Shown here: piece by piece, positions 1 through 8,427 of the stretch | How the letters are laid out: each line of letters begins with the position of its first letter | Numbering within the stretch: the stretch's first letter is position 1 | IMG/VR virus record: IMGVR_UViG_3300045988_028139 | Length of the DNA: 49,037 bases | Origin: a virus | Reading direction: 5' to 3' (one strand) | Position numbers and translations under genes: made by a program | The notes under the pieces: generated by a model | What the model saw: only the letters and a program-made list of their open reading frames with translations | What the model was told of the DNA's origin: nothing | Database searches by the model: none

Positions 1-55
1 GTATGGTCGCAATTTATAATCGTTTCCATAAGCCAGAGGTAGCCGTCCTCGTTCG
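1..55. repeat. Terminal duplication, copy 1 (identical to 48983-49037); assembly overlap of a circular molecule
   Basis: gtatggtcgcaatttataatcgtttccataagccagaggtagccgtcctcgttcg is read at both ends, and one ORF continues in frame across the junction. Confidence 0.95.
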
Positions 56-548
56 GGAACTTCCGGCGGAGTATGTCGAGCAGTACCCGGTGATCCACCC
101 GGTAAAAATACTTTGATACGTCCAGTTTCAGGTAGTACCATTTGCCCGGCTTCCGATCCACGAGCGTGCACCAGTATTGAAGCCGGTCGGCTGCTCTGGT
201 GGTTCCTTTTCCCACCCTGCACCCGTAGCTGTGGTATATCATGCCATTGTCGAGGTGTTGGTTTGTCTGGAGGTAGATCGCCCACTGCACGACACGATCC
301 CGGAAGCCCAGAGCCATGACGAGCCGTTTCTTCGGTTCATGGACGTAGAACTGCCGGTACCGGCCCACTTTGTAGGTGTGCCAGATCAGGTCGTTTTGTA
401 TGCTGATCAGGTTTTCCTCCAGATTCGCCGCGAAGGCGGTCACGTCGTTGCGGTACCACTTCTCGCTTGCTGCCTCGTGGTATGCGTCCAGAAGATTCTC
501 CCACGAGTATATTCTCTCCAGAAGGGAGGGCTGGTTTCTTGGATCCAT
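1..548 (-). CDS. DGR reverse transcriptase, N-terminal 182 codons; the gene wraps the window ends and continues at 48982..48385 (381 aa in total)
   Basis: ATG at 548-546 follows GGAGGA. My translation is MDPRNQPSLLERIYSWENLLDAYHEAASEKWYRNDV...HEPKKRLVMALGFRDRVVQWAIY...YGCRVGKGTTRAADRL...LKLDVSKYFYRVDH, with no stops. The codon at 2/1/48982 joins ORF 48385..49011 in frame. Confidence 0.93.
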   Translation of the reverse strand, partial: MDPRNQPSLLERIYSWENLLDAYHEAASEKWYRNDVTAFAANLEENLISIQNDLIWHTYKVGRYRQFYVHEPKKRLVMALGFRDRVVQWAIYLQTNQHLDNGMIYHSYGCRVGKGTTRAADRLQYWCTLVDRKPGKWYYLKLDVSKYFYRVDHRVLLDILRRKFPNEDGYLWLMETIINCDH

Positions 549-830
549 GTCCTCGTTCCTCCTTGTGTTGTCATAATTATGGCCCGCGTTGTGACATTCC
601 TCGGCGAGATCTTTCCTCTGCGGTCGCCACGCCGCAGGATCCGGATCCCCCTTCTGCCCGCATAGCAGACAACGGCCAGCCTGCGCGGTTTGCTCGGCGT
701 CCCCGGTGGCCTCCACCGGCAGAGCAGCACGAGCGTGTATCTTTGGCCTTGTCGGCCGGGAAATGCATCCCTTTTGCCTTGGTGTTTCTGCTGGGCCTTG
801 GCCCTCAGAAAATAAACAAATAAGGCAAGA
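549..830 (-). ncRNA. TR-to-RT spacer, presumed part of the DGR template/priming RNA
   Basis: Non-coding gap between the TR and the RT start. It contains the GGGCCAAGGCCC hairpin just 3' of the TR and a GGATCCGGATCC palindrome. ORFs listed here look spurious. Confidence 0.45.
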
Positions 831-944
831 GCGGCACGGAAGCCGATGTTCGTGTTCACATTGCTGCGGGAGTTGTTGCCGTTGAGGTAGAACACACCAG
901 CGTTCGCACCGTTGTTCCAGTTGCCCCCGCGATACACGCAGCGC
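831..944 (-). repeat. DGR template repeat (TR), 114 bp
   Basis: Aligns gap-free with 1414-1527 and 40253-40354. Every mismatch is at a plus-strand T, which is an A on the coding strand. The TR frame reads YRGGNWNNGANAGVFYLNGNNSRSNVNTNIGFRAA and is rich in AAC codons. Confidence 0.95.
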
Positions 945-975
945 CTCCTTTATCTCGACACATTCCCCACAGGCT

Positions 976-1320
976 TTACTCGTTCGACTTTTTCCAGCCG
1001 CCGAGCATACGCCCGATTTCGTTCAGCTCCTTGCTCCATATTTCGTGGAGCCCCGGAGAGATCAGGCGATCCTCCGGAGAAACTGCCGTGTCTACGAGAG
1101 AGCGCAGCACGTCCAGCTTGGTGTCCATTTTGTTCTGGAGTTCTACCCGGCGCGAGCCTCTGGCCCGGTTGGCCTCAATGCAGAGCTCCAGCATATCCAT
1201 GAACGCCGCCGTCATGTGCTTGCGATACTCGAATTTTTCGGGTTTTCTCATATTTGCGGTGCGTTCGCTCACCCGGATCATGCTCCGAACGATACGCTGC
1301 CGCAGTTGTAAGTTGTCCAT
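976..1320 (-). CDS. avd: DGR accessory variability determinant (Avd-like small helical protein)
   Basis: 114 aa, lying between target and TR as in canonical DGRs. The C-terminal ...EIGRMLGGWKKS resembles the Avd signature. RBS AAGGAG. Confidence 0.75.
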   Translation of the reverse strand: MDNLQLRQRIVRSMIRVSERTANMRKPEKFEYRKHMTAAFMDMLELCIEANRARGSRRVELQNKMDTKLDVLRSLVDTAVSPEDRLISPGLHEIWSKELNEIGRMLGGWKKSNE

Positions 1321-1342
1321 GTTGTTACTCCTTAAAAGGGTA

Positions 1343-1367
1343 GAGGGTGGCTTGGTGGGCCACCCTC
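1343..1367 (-). terminator. GC-rich hairpin downstream of VR1 (9-bp stem GAGGGTGGC/GCCACCCTC, 7-nt loop); DGR-type post-VR hairpin and/or weak terminator
   Basis: Read directly; 47 nt 3' of the VR1 end and followed by UACCCUUUU. Confidence 0.5.
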
Positions 1368-1391
1368 ATGCCAGATTTTCAGATTGCCGGA

Positions 1392-2489
1392 TTACCGGAT
1401 TTCCGGGATATAAGCGGCACGGAAGCCGATGATCGTGGACACAGCGCCGCGGGAGTTGTAGCCGCTGAGGGAGAACACACCAGCGTCCGCACCGCTGCCC
1501 CAGTAGCCCCCGCGATACACGCAGCGCTCGGCTACGTCGTTATTCCACCACATGTAGTCGCCCTCGTATACGTCAGTAGTGACGTCAGAGTCCGGGAGAA
1601 GGGCGAGAGCGCGCAGCATAACTTTGGCAGCGTCTCCGATCGAGCTGTCGGCAGCAACCTGATAAAAGGCGCAGCTTCGGCTTTCATCTTTGGCGTTGGT
1701 GATCGAAGTAGAGTACGTCCATTTGTTGTTCACATAGTCCAGTTTTACGGTTTTACCGGAAACATGGGCGGAGCTGTCGGTTGTATTGCTCTCAGGATCC
1801 ACGAGGGCGCCGTCTGCGGCGTTGATAGCCTTCCAGCATGTGCTCGTTGCGTTCTGAGGGTTGTCCGGATCGGCTGCGTCGTTGTTTGCAAGGATCTGAA
1901 GCTCGCCCCAAACAAGGCGGATTCCTCCCTGCCATTCCCACACGTTGCCGTTCAGATCCCAGATACCAGCCATGGTCTTGTCGTGGCTCCATGAGATCGG
2001 GCCGGTGCCAGTTGCAACTCTCGCGATCTTGCCGCTTTCGTAGTAGCTCGGCACGGCTTTGTAATTACTTTCGCGACTGTCTTTGCCGTAGTTGTTGTTA
2101 CCATACGGGAGGAAGCCGTTTTTCTTGCACCAGAGAGCGATCGCGGCCCATTCTGCGTTAGTGCTCAGGTGCCAGCCTGCGCCCTTGGCCTCGCAGCGTG
2201 CGCGTGCGGTGTCGAAGTTGATACTTGCGGTCGGATCTTCGCCCGGCAGGCTGTACGCTACGGAGTTGTAAACCTTGGCCTGATACTTGCCGTAGTAAAA
2301 GCCGGGGATTTCCACGCCGTTGACGATAAAGGCCGGGTGGGTGCTGTCATTTCCGCCGGTGAGTACGTCCGAGTTCTTAAACTTCGGGATATACACCAGA
2401 ACGGAAGGGAGATCGGTGTCGTCTGTCTTGACGACGTTGTTCGGGCAGATCATTTTTACTGCCAGATTGGTGAGGTCAAAATTTGCCAT
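1392..2489 (-). CDS. DGR target protein 1: FGE-sulfatase/C-type-lectin-fold receptor-binding (tail fibre tip) candidate
   Basis: 365 aa. FGE-like motifs CEAKGAGWHLSTNAEWAAIALW and GNVWEWQGG. C-terminal ...VYRGGYWGSGADAGVFSLSGYNSRGAVSTIIGFRAAYIPEIR carries VR1. It is the last gene of the tail module. Confidence 0.88.
   Translation of the reverse strand: MANFDLTNLAVKMICPNNVVKTDDTDLPSVLVYIPKFKNSDVLTGGNDSTHPAFIVNGVEIPGFYYGKYQAKVYNSVAYSLPGEDPTASINFDTARARCEAKGAGWHLSTNAEWAAIALWCKKNGFLPYGNNNYGKDSRESNYKAVPSYYESGKIARVATGTGPISWSHDKTMAGIWDLNGNVWEWQGGIRLVWGELQILANNDAADPDNPQNATSTCWKAINAADGALVDPESNTTDSSAHVSGKTVKLDYVNNKWTYSTSITNAKDESRSCAFYQVAADSSIGDAAKVMLRALALLPDSDVTTDVYEGDYMWWNNDVAERCVYRGGYWGSGADAGVFSLSGYNSRGAVSTIIGFRAAYIPEIR
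1414..1527 (-). repeat. DGR variable repeat 1 (VR1)
   Basis: 114 bp compared with the TR: 14 mismatches, all at TR adenines on the coding strand. It ends about 6 codons before the stop. Confidence 0.95.
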
Positions 2490-2509
2490 TTTCTTGTGCT
2501 CCTTTCTGC

Positions 2510-2878
2510 TTATTCAATGCTCCAGAGGATCAGCTTCACCTCTGCCATGTCGAGCGGGTTCTTTGTGCGCTCTACGGTCTGGCGGTTGGTATCGCCGGAC
2601 TCGTCGGCGCCTTCCTGCGGTTCGATCGGTGTCTCGGTATAGGTTGCGGCCGGGATCTCGATCTGGGCCACATAGCGGCCGCCGGGCTGGGTGCCGAGCA
2701 TGAGATCACCGCCGCGATCCATGCACACGTCGAGGGTGCGGGCCTCGTCGCCCTGATACTTGGTAACCTTGACGCTGAGCGCGTCGTCGTCGAAGCTGAG
2801 ACGGTAGCCGTCCTGCTCCCACTGGATCTTTTCGCCGGTGTTCTTCTCGATCACCTGCACGTCGTTGATTTTTGCCAT
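2510..2878 (-). CDS. Hypothetical protein (tail-fibre region)
   Basis: 122-aa ORF with RBS AAGGAGG, packed tightly in the tail operon. Confidence 0.6.
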   Translation of the reverse strand: MAKINDVQVIEKNTGEKIQWEQDGYRLSFDDDALSVKVTKYQGDEARTLDVCMDRGGDLMLGTQPGGRYVAQIEIPAATYTETPIEPQEGADESGDTNRQTVERTKNPLDMAEVKLILWSIE

Positions 2879-2881
2879 GGT

Positions 2882-3307
2882 TTATTTACCTCCTTTGATT
2901 CTTAAAATAAGGGTGGCGCTCTCGGCGCTTCCGTCGTACTTGACCTTGAAGCCGTTGAGCTGCTTGTCGTAGATCTGGATCTCGCCGACATTTCCGGTGT
3001 GGGCCTGAATATCCACGTCCACGGTGTAGTCTGTGTTGTCGCGAGTGATCGCAAGGCTCACGGTCTTGGTGGAGTTGTTGAACGGATAGCTCGCCGTGTT
3101 TTTCAGTTCTACGACGTGGCGCTCGATCTCTGTCTGAGACTGGAGCTCTCCGGCTGCGATCAGGAGCATGGCAGCGGCCACGCTGGCGTCTGTGATCCCG
3201 CTCTCCATGTTGTTGAAGTGGGCGGCGCTCTGATCGGTTCCGGCCTGAATGACCTCGCCACTATCGACGTCTACCACTTTGTCGAGCCATTTTGTTGCGT
3301 TATACAT
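2882..3307 (-). CDS. Hypothetical protein (tail-fibre region)
   Basis: 141-aa ORF with RBS GGAGGA. Confidence 0.6.
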   Translation of the reverse strand: MYNATKWLDKVVDVDSGEVIQAGTDQSAAHFNNMESGITDASVAAAMLLIAAGELQSQTEIERHVVELKNTASYPFNNSTKTVSLAITRDNTDYTVDVDIQAHTGNVGEIQIYDKQLNGFKVKYDGSAESATLILRIKGGK

Positions 3308-3327
3308 GTGTCTGCTTCCTCCTTCCT

Positions 3328-3639
3328 TTATGCTGTGACTTCATAGATCGGGATCGTGATCTTGATCATGGTTCCCTGTCCGGCCACTTTGTTGATAGTT
3401 CTCTGCTGGTATGCTGCCTGCTCCCCGTAGGTGTCGATCAGACGGGAGGCGTTGATCGTGCAGGCGATAGAGTCCAGCGTCGGGAACGTCGCCATAACTA
3501 CCACGTTTTCGCCTTCGATCTTTTTCTGGTTGATCGTTCCGCGGTGCCATGTGCCGTTTGTCTGAGCCTCGACATAGGCGAGAGAGCGGAGCCACTGCTG
3601 CCGCCTTCGTCCCATGTAGGCTTCGCCGAAGTATGCCAT
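3328..3639 (-). CDS. Hypothetical protein (tail-fibre region)
   Basis: 103-aa ORF with RBS AAGGAGG. Confidence 0.6.
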   Translation of the reverse strand: MAYFGEAYMGRRRQQWLRSLAYVEAQTNGTWHRGTINQKKIEGENVVVMATFPTLDSIACTINASRLIDTYGEQAAYQQRTINKVAGQGTMIKITIPIYEVTA

Positions 3640-3658
3640 TTTGTGCCCTCCTTTCGGT

Positions 3659-4573
3659 TTATTCCCCGCAGCGCTTAGTTCCGCATTTTACGAACGGATA
3701 GCAGAACAGGGCCGCCTTTTCGTTCGTGGCTGCTGCGCGTTTTATAACTGAGCCCAACGTCCCCGGCCGTGGAGTTATTCCACATTCAGGGTAGTTGTAG
3801 CGGAACGCCTCGGTGTCAGGCTCGGCTGCAGCCGCTTGCTTTACGACGGCGCCGAGTGTTCCGGGCTGCGGATATGTTCCGCAGGTTGTAGTTCCGGCGT
3901 GAGTGTAGTCGTATAGGTACGGCTTCACTTCCGGATCTGTTTCAATGCTCGGCTTTATCACGAAGCCGATCGTGGCCGTTCGCGGGTTGGTACCGCATTT
4001 CACAAAATCATAACGGTGCAGCTCCGTGTTCAGCGCACACTCAATACCGGGATCCGGCCCCTGCTGCCAGTAATAGAAAACGCCCGCGATATGCGAGCGC
4101 ACATTTTTGGCAGCCTGAACGGCGTCAACAAATTTATTAAAATTTTCGCCGTCGGTGTTCGCGTTTGTGGTTAGAGCCGCGAAGGTGTACGGGGAGTCGT
4201 CCATCTCGAACCACTCCATGACATAGCCCTCGCCGAAGTATGCACCGATCAGGCGCTCAACGGCCCACTTGGTACCGCGTTTTCTTTTGATCTGCTGCGC
4301 GAGCTTGATTGTGTTCCGCTTCTCTGTCAGACTCATGCCTTCGGAGTCGTACCAGTCAATGTCCAGCTCCCACGCCATTTCGTTGCACTCCGCCTCTGTG
4401 AGCTCGTCCACCTTGTCCCATGTGCGGATTGTGGCCAGACGTTTGCCCGGCTCACCTATGAGCTTGTTCACGGCCTTGCTGAGTGCGATCGCTGCCTCGT
4501 CGTCCTGCATGAAGGCGGGCAGCAGTTTTATAAAATCCATGTTTGACACTTTCATGCCGCCCATGCTGTCCAC
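3659..4573 (-). CDS. Baseplate/tail protein, P2 gpI-like (XkdU position); the start is more likely the ATG at 4564
   Basis: N-terminal ...LLPAFMQDDEAAIALSKAV...EMAWELDIDWYD...EKRNTIKLAQQIKRKRGTKWAVERL matches the tail-protein-I pattern. The C-terminus has repeated CGT-x-P-x-PGTLG-x-V-x-K units. Confidence 0.7.
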   Translation of the reverse strand: MDSMGGMKVSNMDFIKLLPAFMQDDEAAIALSKAVNKLIGEPGKRLATIRTWDKVDELTEAECNEMAWELDIDWYDSEGMSLTEKRNTIKLAQQIKRKRGTKWAVERLIGAYFGEGYVMEWFEMDDSPYTFAALTTNANTDGENFNKFVDAVQAAKNVRSHIAGVFYYWQQGPDPGIECALNTELHRYDFVKCGTNPRTATIGFVIKPSIETDPEVKPYLYDYTHAGTTTCGTYPQPGTLGAVVKQAAAAEPDTEAFRYNYPECGITPRPGTLGSVIKRAAATNEKAALFCYPFVKCGTKRCGE

Positions 4574-4578
4574 CTCCT

Positions 4579-5925
4579 TTATCCTCTGACGATATGCTTC
4601 ACGGTCTTTTTACCGGAGAACTTGGCCACGGTCGTGCTGTTGAGCTCGGTGTATTCCGGTTTGATGATCTGCACACGGGTGGCTCCGATCAGATCGTCGG
4701 CCCAGTCAGGGCAGAGGATCCGCTTCCGGAGCTCGTCTGGGTTTATGTCCTGATTCAGTGTGGAGCCCTGCCAGTTGATATACTGATCAATAGCCCCGCC
4801 GGATCCTTCCACGTTCTGCACTACTTCTGACTCGTTGGCTTTAGTGGTGTAATAGGTGAGCTCTATGTCATACTCGTGAGTTTCCGGAGCTTCCACCGTT
4901 ACCATGTCAGTGAGAGGGCGAACGTCGTCCGCAGAGCAGGCAGCCAGCACGTCGGCCAGCACTTCCTCGCTCGGAATCTGTCCTCCGGCGCAGATCGGCA
5001 CGATCTTGACGCGGCCGTACATATTGCGGCCGATCTGGATCTTTACCGCCTCAGCTCCAGCGAGAGATCCGGAGAGTGAGAGAGTCAGAAGCTCGTCTGC
5101 ATACTCGGCCGTATAGTCGGCCCCTGCTGTGGCTTCGGATCCGTCACTCAGGAAAACCACCAGAGTGTCCGGCAGGAGATTGGCGCCGCCTTGGAAGGCG
5201 TGCCCGGCGTATGTTTTCAGTGTTCTGGTGATCGTTTCCTTTTCGGATTCCACCACTGCGTCCGTGACGAGAGAGTTCGCGGACAGCGCCCAGTATTTGT
5301 AGGCTTTGGCCGGGCCTGCGGTGCTGAGTTTGTTCTCAGCCTCTCGGATTCTCTCACGGTACGGTTCGTCCTCCTCACGGTCGCCGCCGCCTTCTGTTAT
5401 GGTCAGGTTCGTTACTCCGTCGAGCAGTGGAACGTCGGAGACGTCCACGATCTCGGAGATCTCGCCCTCGTCTATGTTGTTGTAGTCCGTGCCGCCTTCC
5501 TCGGCGGTTGCTGCCACGTCCACATAGAGGCTACCTGCATAAAGCACGGCTGTGGTGTCTGTCAGGAAATAGCGAACGAAGTCACCTGTTACTCGAAGTC
5601 CGGCCGGTATAATGATATTAGAGCCCACCGCTTCGGTAACTGTGAACCGTAGGGTGGTAGTGGCGTAGGTAGGATCGAGACGGATCACGTCTCTGTTTTC
5701 TCCCAGAGCGTCCAGAACAGTGCCCCTTGCATATCGGAGCATTTTCTGGCGGCAGGCGTCGTTTACTGTGTTGTAAACAGTGACGATCACCTTCGCCATG
5801 GTGTCGCCGAAGATTCGGCGCTCGTCACCGGGGTAGAGAGGCTCGCCGACGCCGTTCTCTAATTCTTCCAGTATGTCGGTGTAGATTGTTTCGTCGGTTG
5901 TCTCTATGAATTTGAGCTCGCTCAT
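4579..5925 (-). CDS. Baseplate J-like protein (gpJ/XkdT)
   Basis: 448 aa; size, position between gp25-like and gpI-like genes, and overall similarity to the baseplate J family. Confidence 0.72.
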   Translation of the reverse strand: MSELKFIETTDETIYTDILEELENGVGEPLYPGDERRIFGDTMAKVIVTVYNTVNDACRQKMLRYARGTVLDALGENRDVIRLDPTYATTTLRFTVTEAVGSNIIIPAGLRVTGDFVRYFLTDTTAVLYAGSLYVDVAATAEEGGTDYNNIDEGEISEIVDVSDVPLLDGVTNLTITEGGGDREEDEPYRERIREAENKLSTAGPAKAYKYWALSANSLVTDAVVESEKETITRTLKTYAGHAFQGGANLLPDTLVVFLSDGSEATAGADYTAEYADELLTLSLSGSLAGAEAVKIQIGRNMYGRVKIVPICAGGQIPSEEVLADVLAACSADDVRPLTDMVTVEAPETHEYDIELTYYTTKANESEVVQNVEGSGGAIDQYINWQGSTLNQDINPDELRKRILCPDWADDLIGATRVQIIKPEYTELNSTTVAKFSGKKTVKHIVRG

Positions 5926-6203
5926 GCGTCCTCGTCCTCCTTTCTTTGGATAATGTTCACGATCATGCCGAAGTCGCCAGAGAAGGCAGCCGCCGGATCT
6001 GAGGCGATACTGTCAGACTCCACGCGGGGCTCGAAGGTTTCCAGAACCCACTCCGCGTCAGCCACGGCCTCGTCGGTCGCGTTCGGTTTGTCGATCAGAG
6101 TCCCGTCAACGCCGCGCACGCGATCGTATGCGACTTCACCGCGGACGATCCTCAGTAGATTGGCGGCGCACACTTCCGGGCTCCCGTTTCCGCTTGCTCT
6201 CAT
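5922..6203 (-). CDS. Baseplate wedge protein, gpW/gp25-like
   Basis: 93 aa, contains ...FEPRVESDSI..., and overlaps the gpJ-like start by 4 nt as in P2/PBSX modules. Confidence 0.55.
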   Translation of the reverse strand: MRASGNGSPEVCAANLLRIVRGEVAYDRVRGVDGTLIDKPNATDEAVADAEWVLETFEPRVESDSIASDPAAAFSGDFGMIVNIIQRKEDEDA

Positions 6204-6215
6204 GGCGTCACCTCC

Positions 6216-6902
6216 TTATGCGAGAGTTACTTCGGACAGATACACCCAGCTATTGATCCCGTTAGGGTGGCCCAGTAGCACCTTGTTTTGGCTGCTCTTG
6301 ATCTGGCTCACCCTATGCTTTCGTTGTTTTACCCAGTTTGGTATCTTCTGGCCGGTTGCGTACCTGCTGCCGGTCGGCTTCACATAGTCGCCGACTTTGA
6401 TCGTTTTCTTTTTGGCCTTTTTGGCCGCTGTGTTGGTTGTTTTCTTGACGGACTTCGAGGCGGTGCTCGCTTTCACATTCAGCGCGGTGGTGCTTACCTT
6501 CACGCTGGTGGTGGCCGGATCGTATTCCTTGAATGTGAAGGAAAGAGTGGCCAGAAGCAGCCGCCCCTTGCCGTCCACCTTTGTGTTGCTTACCGCGACT
6601 TTTCGGAGCTGGAGCTTCGGCCCCAGCTTCTTGCCGCCGAGATAGAAATAATTCACTTTTGTGACGAGAGCCTTCCAGCTCTGGATCTCCGCCCATACGT
6701 CAACGCCTGCGCCTGAGTGCAGCACGGTGGTGAATGAGAGGGGGAAAAGCTCGGTGCCTCGTTCGTTAGTCGTCTTTTTGTCCTCGGTGCTGGTGTTTTC
6801 GTCGGCCACCTGCTCGTAGGAAAAGGCCAGCCCCTCCAGCGCGACGACTTGTTTTGATGATACGGCCCATTTTTTTGAGCCCCACTGTGCCATTGTTGGC
6901 AT
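6216..6902 (-). CDS. Baseplate-region protein with a C-terminal SH3-like (cell-wall-binding-type) domain
   Basis: 228 aa. The C-terminal IKVGDYVKPTGSRYATGQKIPNWVKQRKHRVSQIK...INSWVYLSEV resembles the endolysin C-terminus (46062..47645). Confidence 0.5.
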   Translation of the reverse strand: MPTMAQWGSKKWAVSSKQVVALEGLAFSYEQVADENTSTEDKKTTNERGTELFPLSFTTVLHSGAGVDVWAEIQSWKALVTKVNYFYLGGKKLGPKLQLRKVAVSNTKVDGKGRLLLATLSFTFKEYDPATTSVKVSTTALNVKASTASKSVKKTTNTAAKKAKKKTIKVGDYVKPTGSRYATGQKIPNWVKQRKHRVSQIKSSQNKVLLGHPNGINSWVYLSEVTLA

Positions 6903-6914
6903 GGCTGTACCTCC

Positions 6915-7265
6915 TTAGTTTGGTTTTTTAGTGGATCCGCTGCCCGTTTCGACGCCTCCGTGGGTGTGCCCGCTCAGGCTTATGCCGCGAGCTGTGACGT
7001 CGCCCTTCGGTACGTTGATATTACCGGCCGAGAGGCTCGGCAGGTAGCACCCCCATTCACCGTCCGCCCGGCCCAGCAGTAGCCCGGTGGAGTCGTCAAA
7101 CTCCACATAAACCACCGCCGTGCCTTTTGAGAGGTTTCCGGTGGATCCGCGGAGGTGCCACGGGATCGTGATCTTTGCGGTTGGCTTAGCCCCGGCGTCA
7201 GACGGTACAACGCGGGCCGTGTTTCCTGATATGCTGGCGATCGTGCCTTTATTGATGTTTCCCAT
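6915..7265 (-). CDS. Small baseplate/spike-region protein (gpV/XkdR position)
   Basis: 116 aa, placed between the gpD-like and baseplate genes. The call is based on position only. Confidence 0.4.
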   Translation of the reverse strand: MGNINKGTIASISGNTARVVPSDAGAKPTAKITIPWHLRGSTGNLSKGTAVVYVEFDDSTGLLLGRADGEWGCYLPSLSAGNINVPKGDVTARGISLSGHTHGGVETGSGSTKKPN

Positions 7266-8182
7266 TAGTAGCCCTCCAGAATGTGTCGGAAGTAGATCGT
7301 GGATTTATTTCCGACAAAATCATGCCGGACTTTATACACAAAAACGGTACCGTCCCACATGGTTGCCCTTGGTGTTGATAGTGTCAAAATGCTGGCGGCT
7401 GCATATCCGGTCATAAGTGACTTGGAAAAGTATCCGGATCGGGCGAACTTGTTCGCGTTCCGCAGCAGCCCCTTGGCGAAGCGTGCCGCCTCTGCATTGC
7501 TGGTTACCTGAATAGGCACCGCAGGGCGGAGCACTGAGCTGTTGGAGCTGTTGGCTATAAATTTTCCGGAGTAGCTTCCGCTTGCAATTTCGCAGGATCC
7601 GTACATTCCGCCCCGGTTGTCCTCATAGGAGAAAACGCCGTTTTCATCTACGGAGAGACTACCGGCTGGAGTCTGCCCCTCTATGTACTGCTCGTTATAC
7701 GCCAGCAGCTTGCCGTCAAATATAAGCATTTGGCAGCCTTCCAGAGTGCAGAGCCGGTGGAATAGGGCGAAGTCTGTCTCGTTGTCCTGCTTAATATACG
7801 GGTAAACCTGATCCGCGCAGCCGTAGTTCTGGAATGTTAGTCCGTGATTTCCTGCGAACTCATTCGCCAGTTGCAGGAACCGGACGCCCTCCCAGCTTTT
7901 GCTCTTTTTTGTCTTGCCGCTTTTTGGCATGGACATGGCTCGGATCGTAAAAAGCCCGTTTTCTGGTTTCATGGAGTGCACGAACATTTTCCCGGTATCA
8001 CTCGCGCCTTCTTTGAATTGCACGGTGTCACCTTCGGCCGGTTGCCACTTGCTCCATGTTCCCTTGGTGTCATTGAAGCGGATCACGAGGGTGTCGGCTT
8101 GCTTTTCTGCGAACATTTCGTGCACGCAGTAGTTCACCGACACGTCCCCGTATATATCCACCCCGTTGTAGTAGAGGTTCAC
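7265..8182 (-). CDS. Tail protein, late-control-D/XkdQ-like
   Basis: 305 aa. Contains ...QLANEFAGNHGLTF...IKQDNETDFALFHRLCTLEGC..., typical of the gpD family. It follows gpX-like and the tape measure. Confidence 0.7.
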   Translation of the reverse strand: MNLYYNGVDIYGDVSVNYCVHEMFAEKQADTLVIRFNDTKGTWSKWQPAEGDTVQFKEGASDTGKMFVHSMKPENGLFTIRAMSMPKSGKTKKSKSWEGVRFLQLANEFAGNHGLTFQNYGCADQVYPYIKQDNETDFALFHRLCTLEGCQMLIFDGKLLAYNEQYIEGQTPAGSLSVDENGVFSYEDNRGGMYGSCEIASGSYSGKFIANSSNSSVLRPAVPIQVTSNAEAARFAKGLLRNANKFARSGYFSKSLMTGYAAASILTLSTPRATMWDGTVFVYKVRHDFVGNKSTIYFRHILEGY

Positions 8183-8427
8183 GCGCTGTCGTCCTCGTCC
8201 TCAGAGTCCCGACGCCACGGCGGCAGAGTTTCCGGCGTCTCTGCACCTTCGACGATCGGCAGCCGGAGGGCCACGTTCGCGTCGAAGATCAGCACGTCCG
8301 CATAGTCGGGGTTAAATTCTGCGATATAGTGCGCCAGCATTTCCTCCCCGTACATTTCGAGGGCCAGCGCGTCGAAGGTGTCCCCTTCGCGTGTCGTGTA
8401 GTCTTTGTAGCCTGTTACTCTACGCAT
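8179..8427 (-). CDS. Tail protein X (P2 gpX-like, LysM-like fold)
   Basis: 82 aa. TREGDTFDALALEMYGEE...NPDY...ALRLPIVE...LPPW parallels P2 gpX. Confidence 0.72.
   Translation of the reverse strand: MRRVTGYKDYTTREGDTFDALALEMYGEEMLAHYIAEFNPDYADVLIFDANVALRLPIVEGAETPETLPPWRRDSEDEDDSA

Noticed and set aside
1-548. Alternative identities for the RT (retron, group II intron, Abi-type defence RT)
   Set aside because: A TR with two adenine-mutated VRs, an Avd-like gene and the target-avd-TR-RT order all fit a DGR. I saw no intron RNA domains, retron msr/msd-like repeats or effector fusion.
440-937. 165-aa minus-strand ORF beginning MYRGGNWNNGANAGVFYLNG...
   Set aside because: Its first 35 or so codons are just the TR read in the target frame, and the rest runs through the TR-RT spacer and over the RT start in another frame. 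It is the DGR template region, not a gene.
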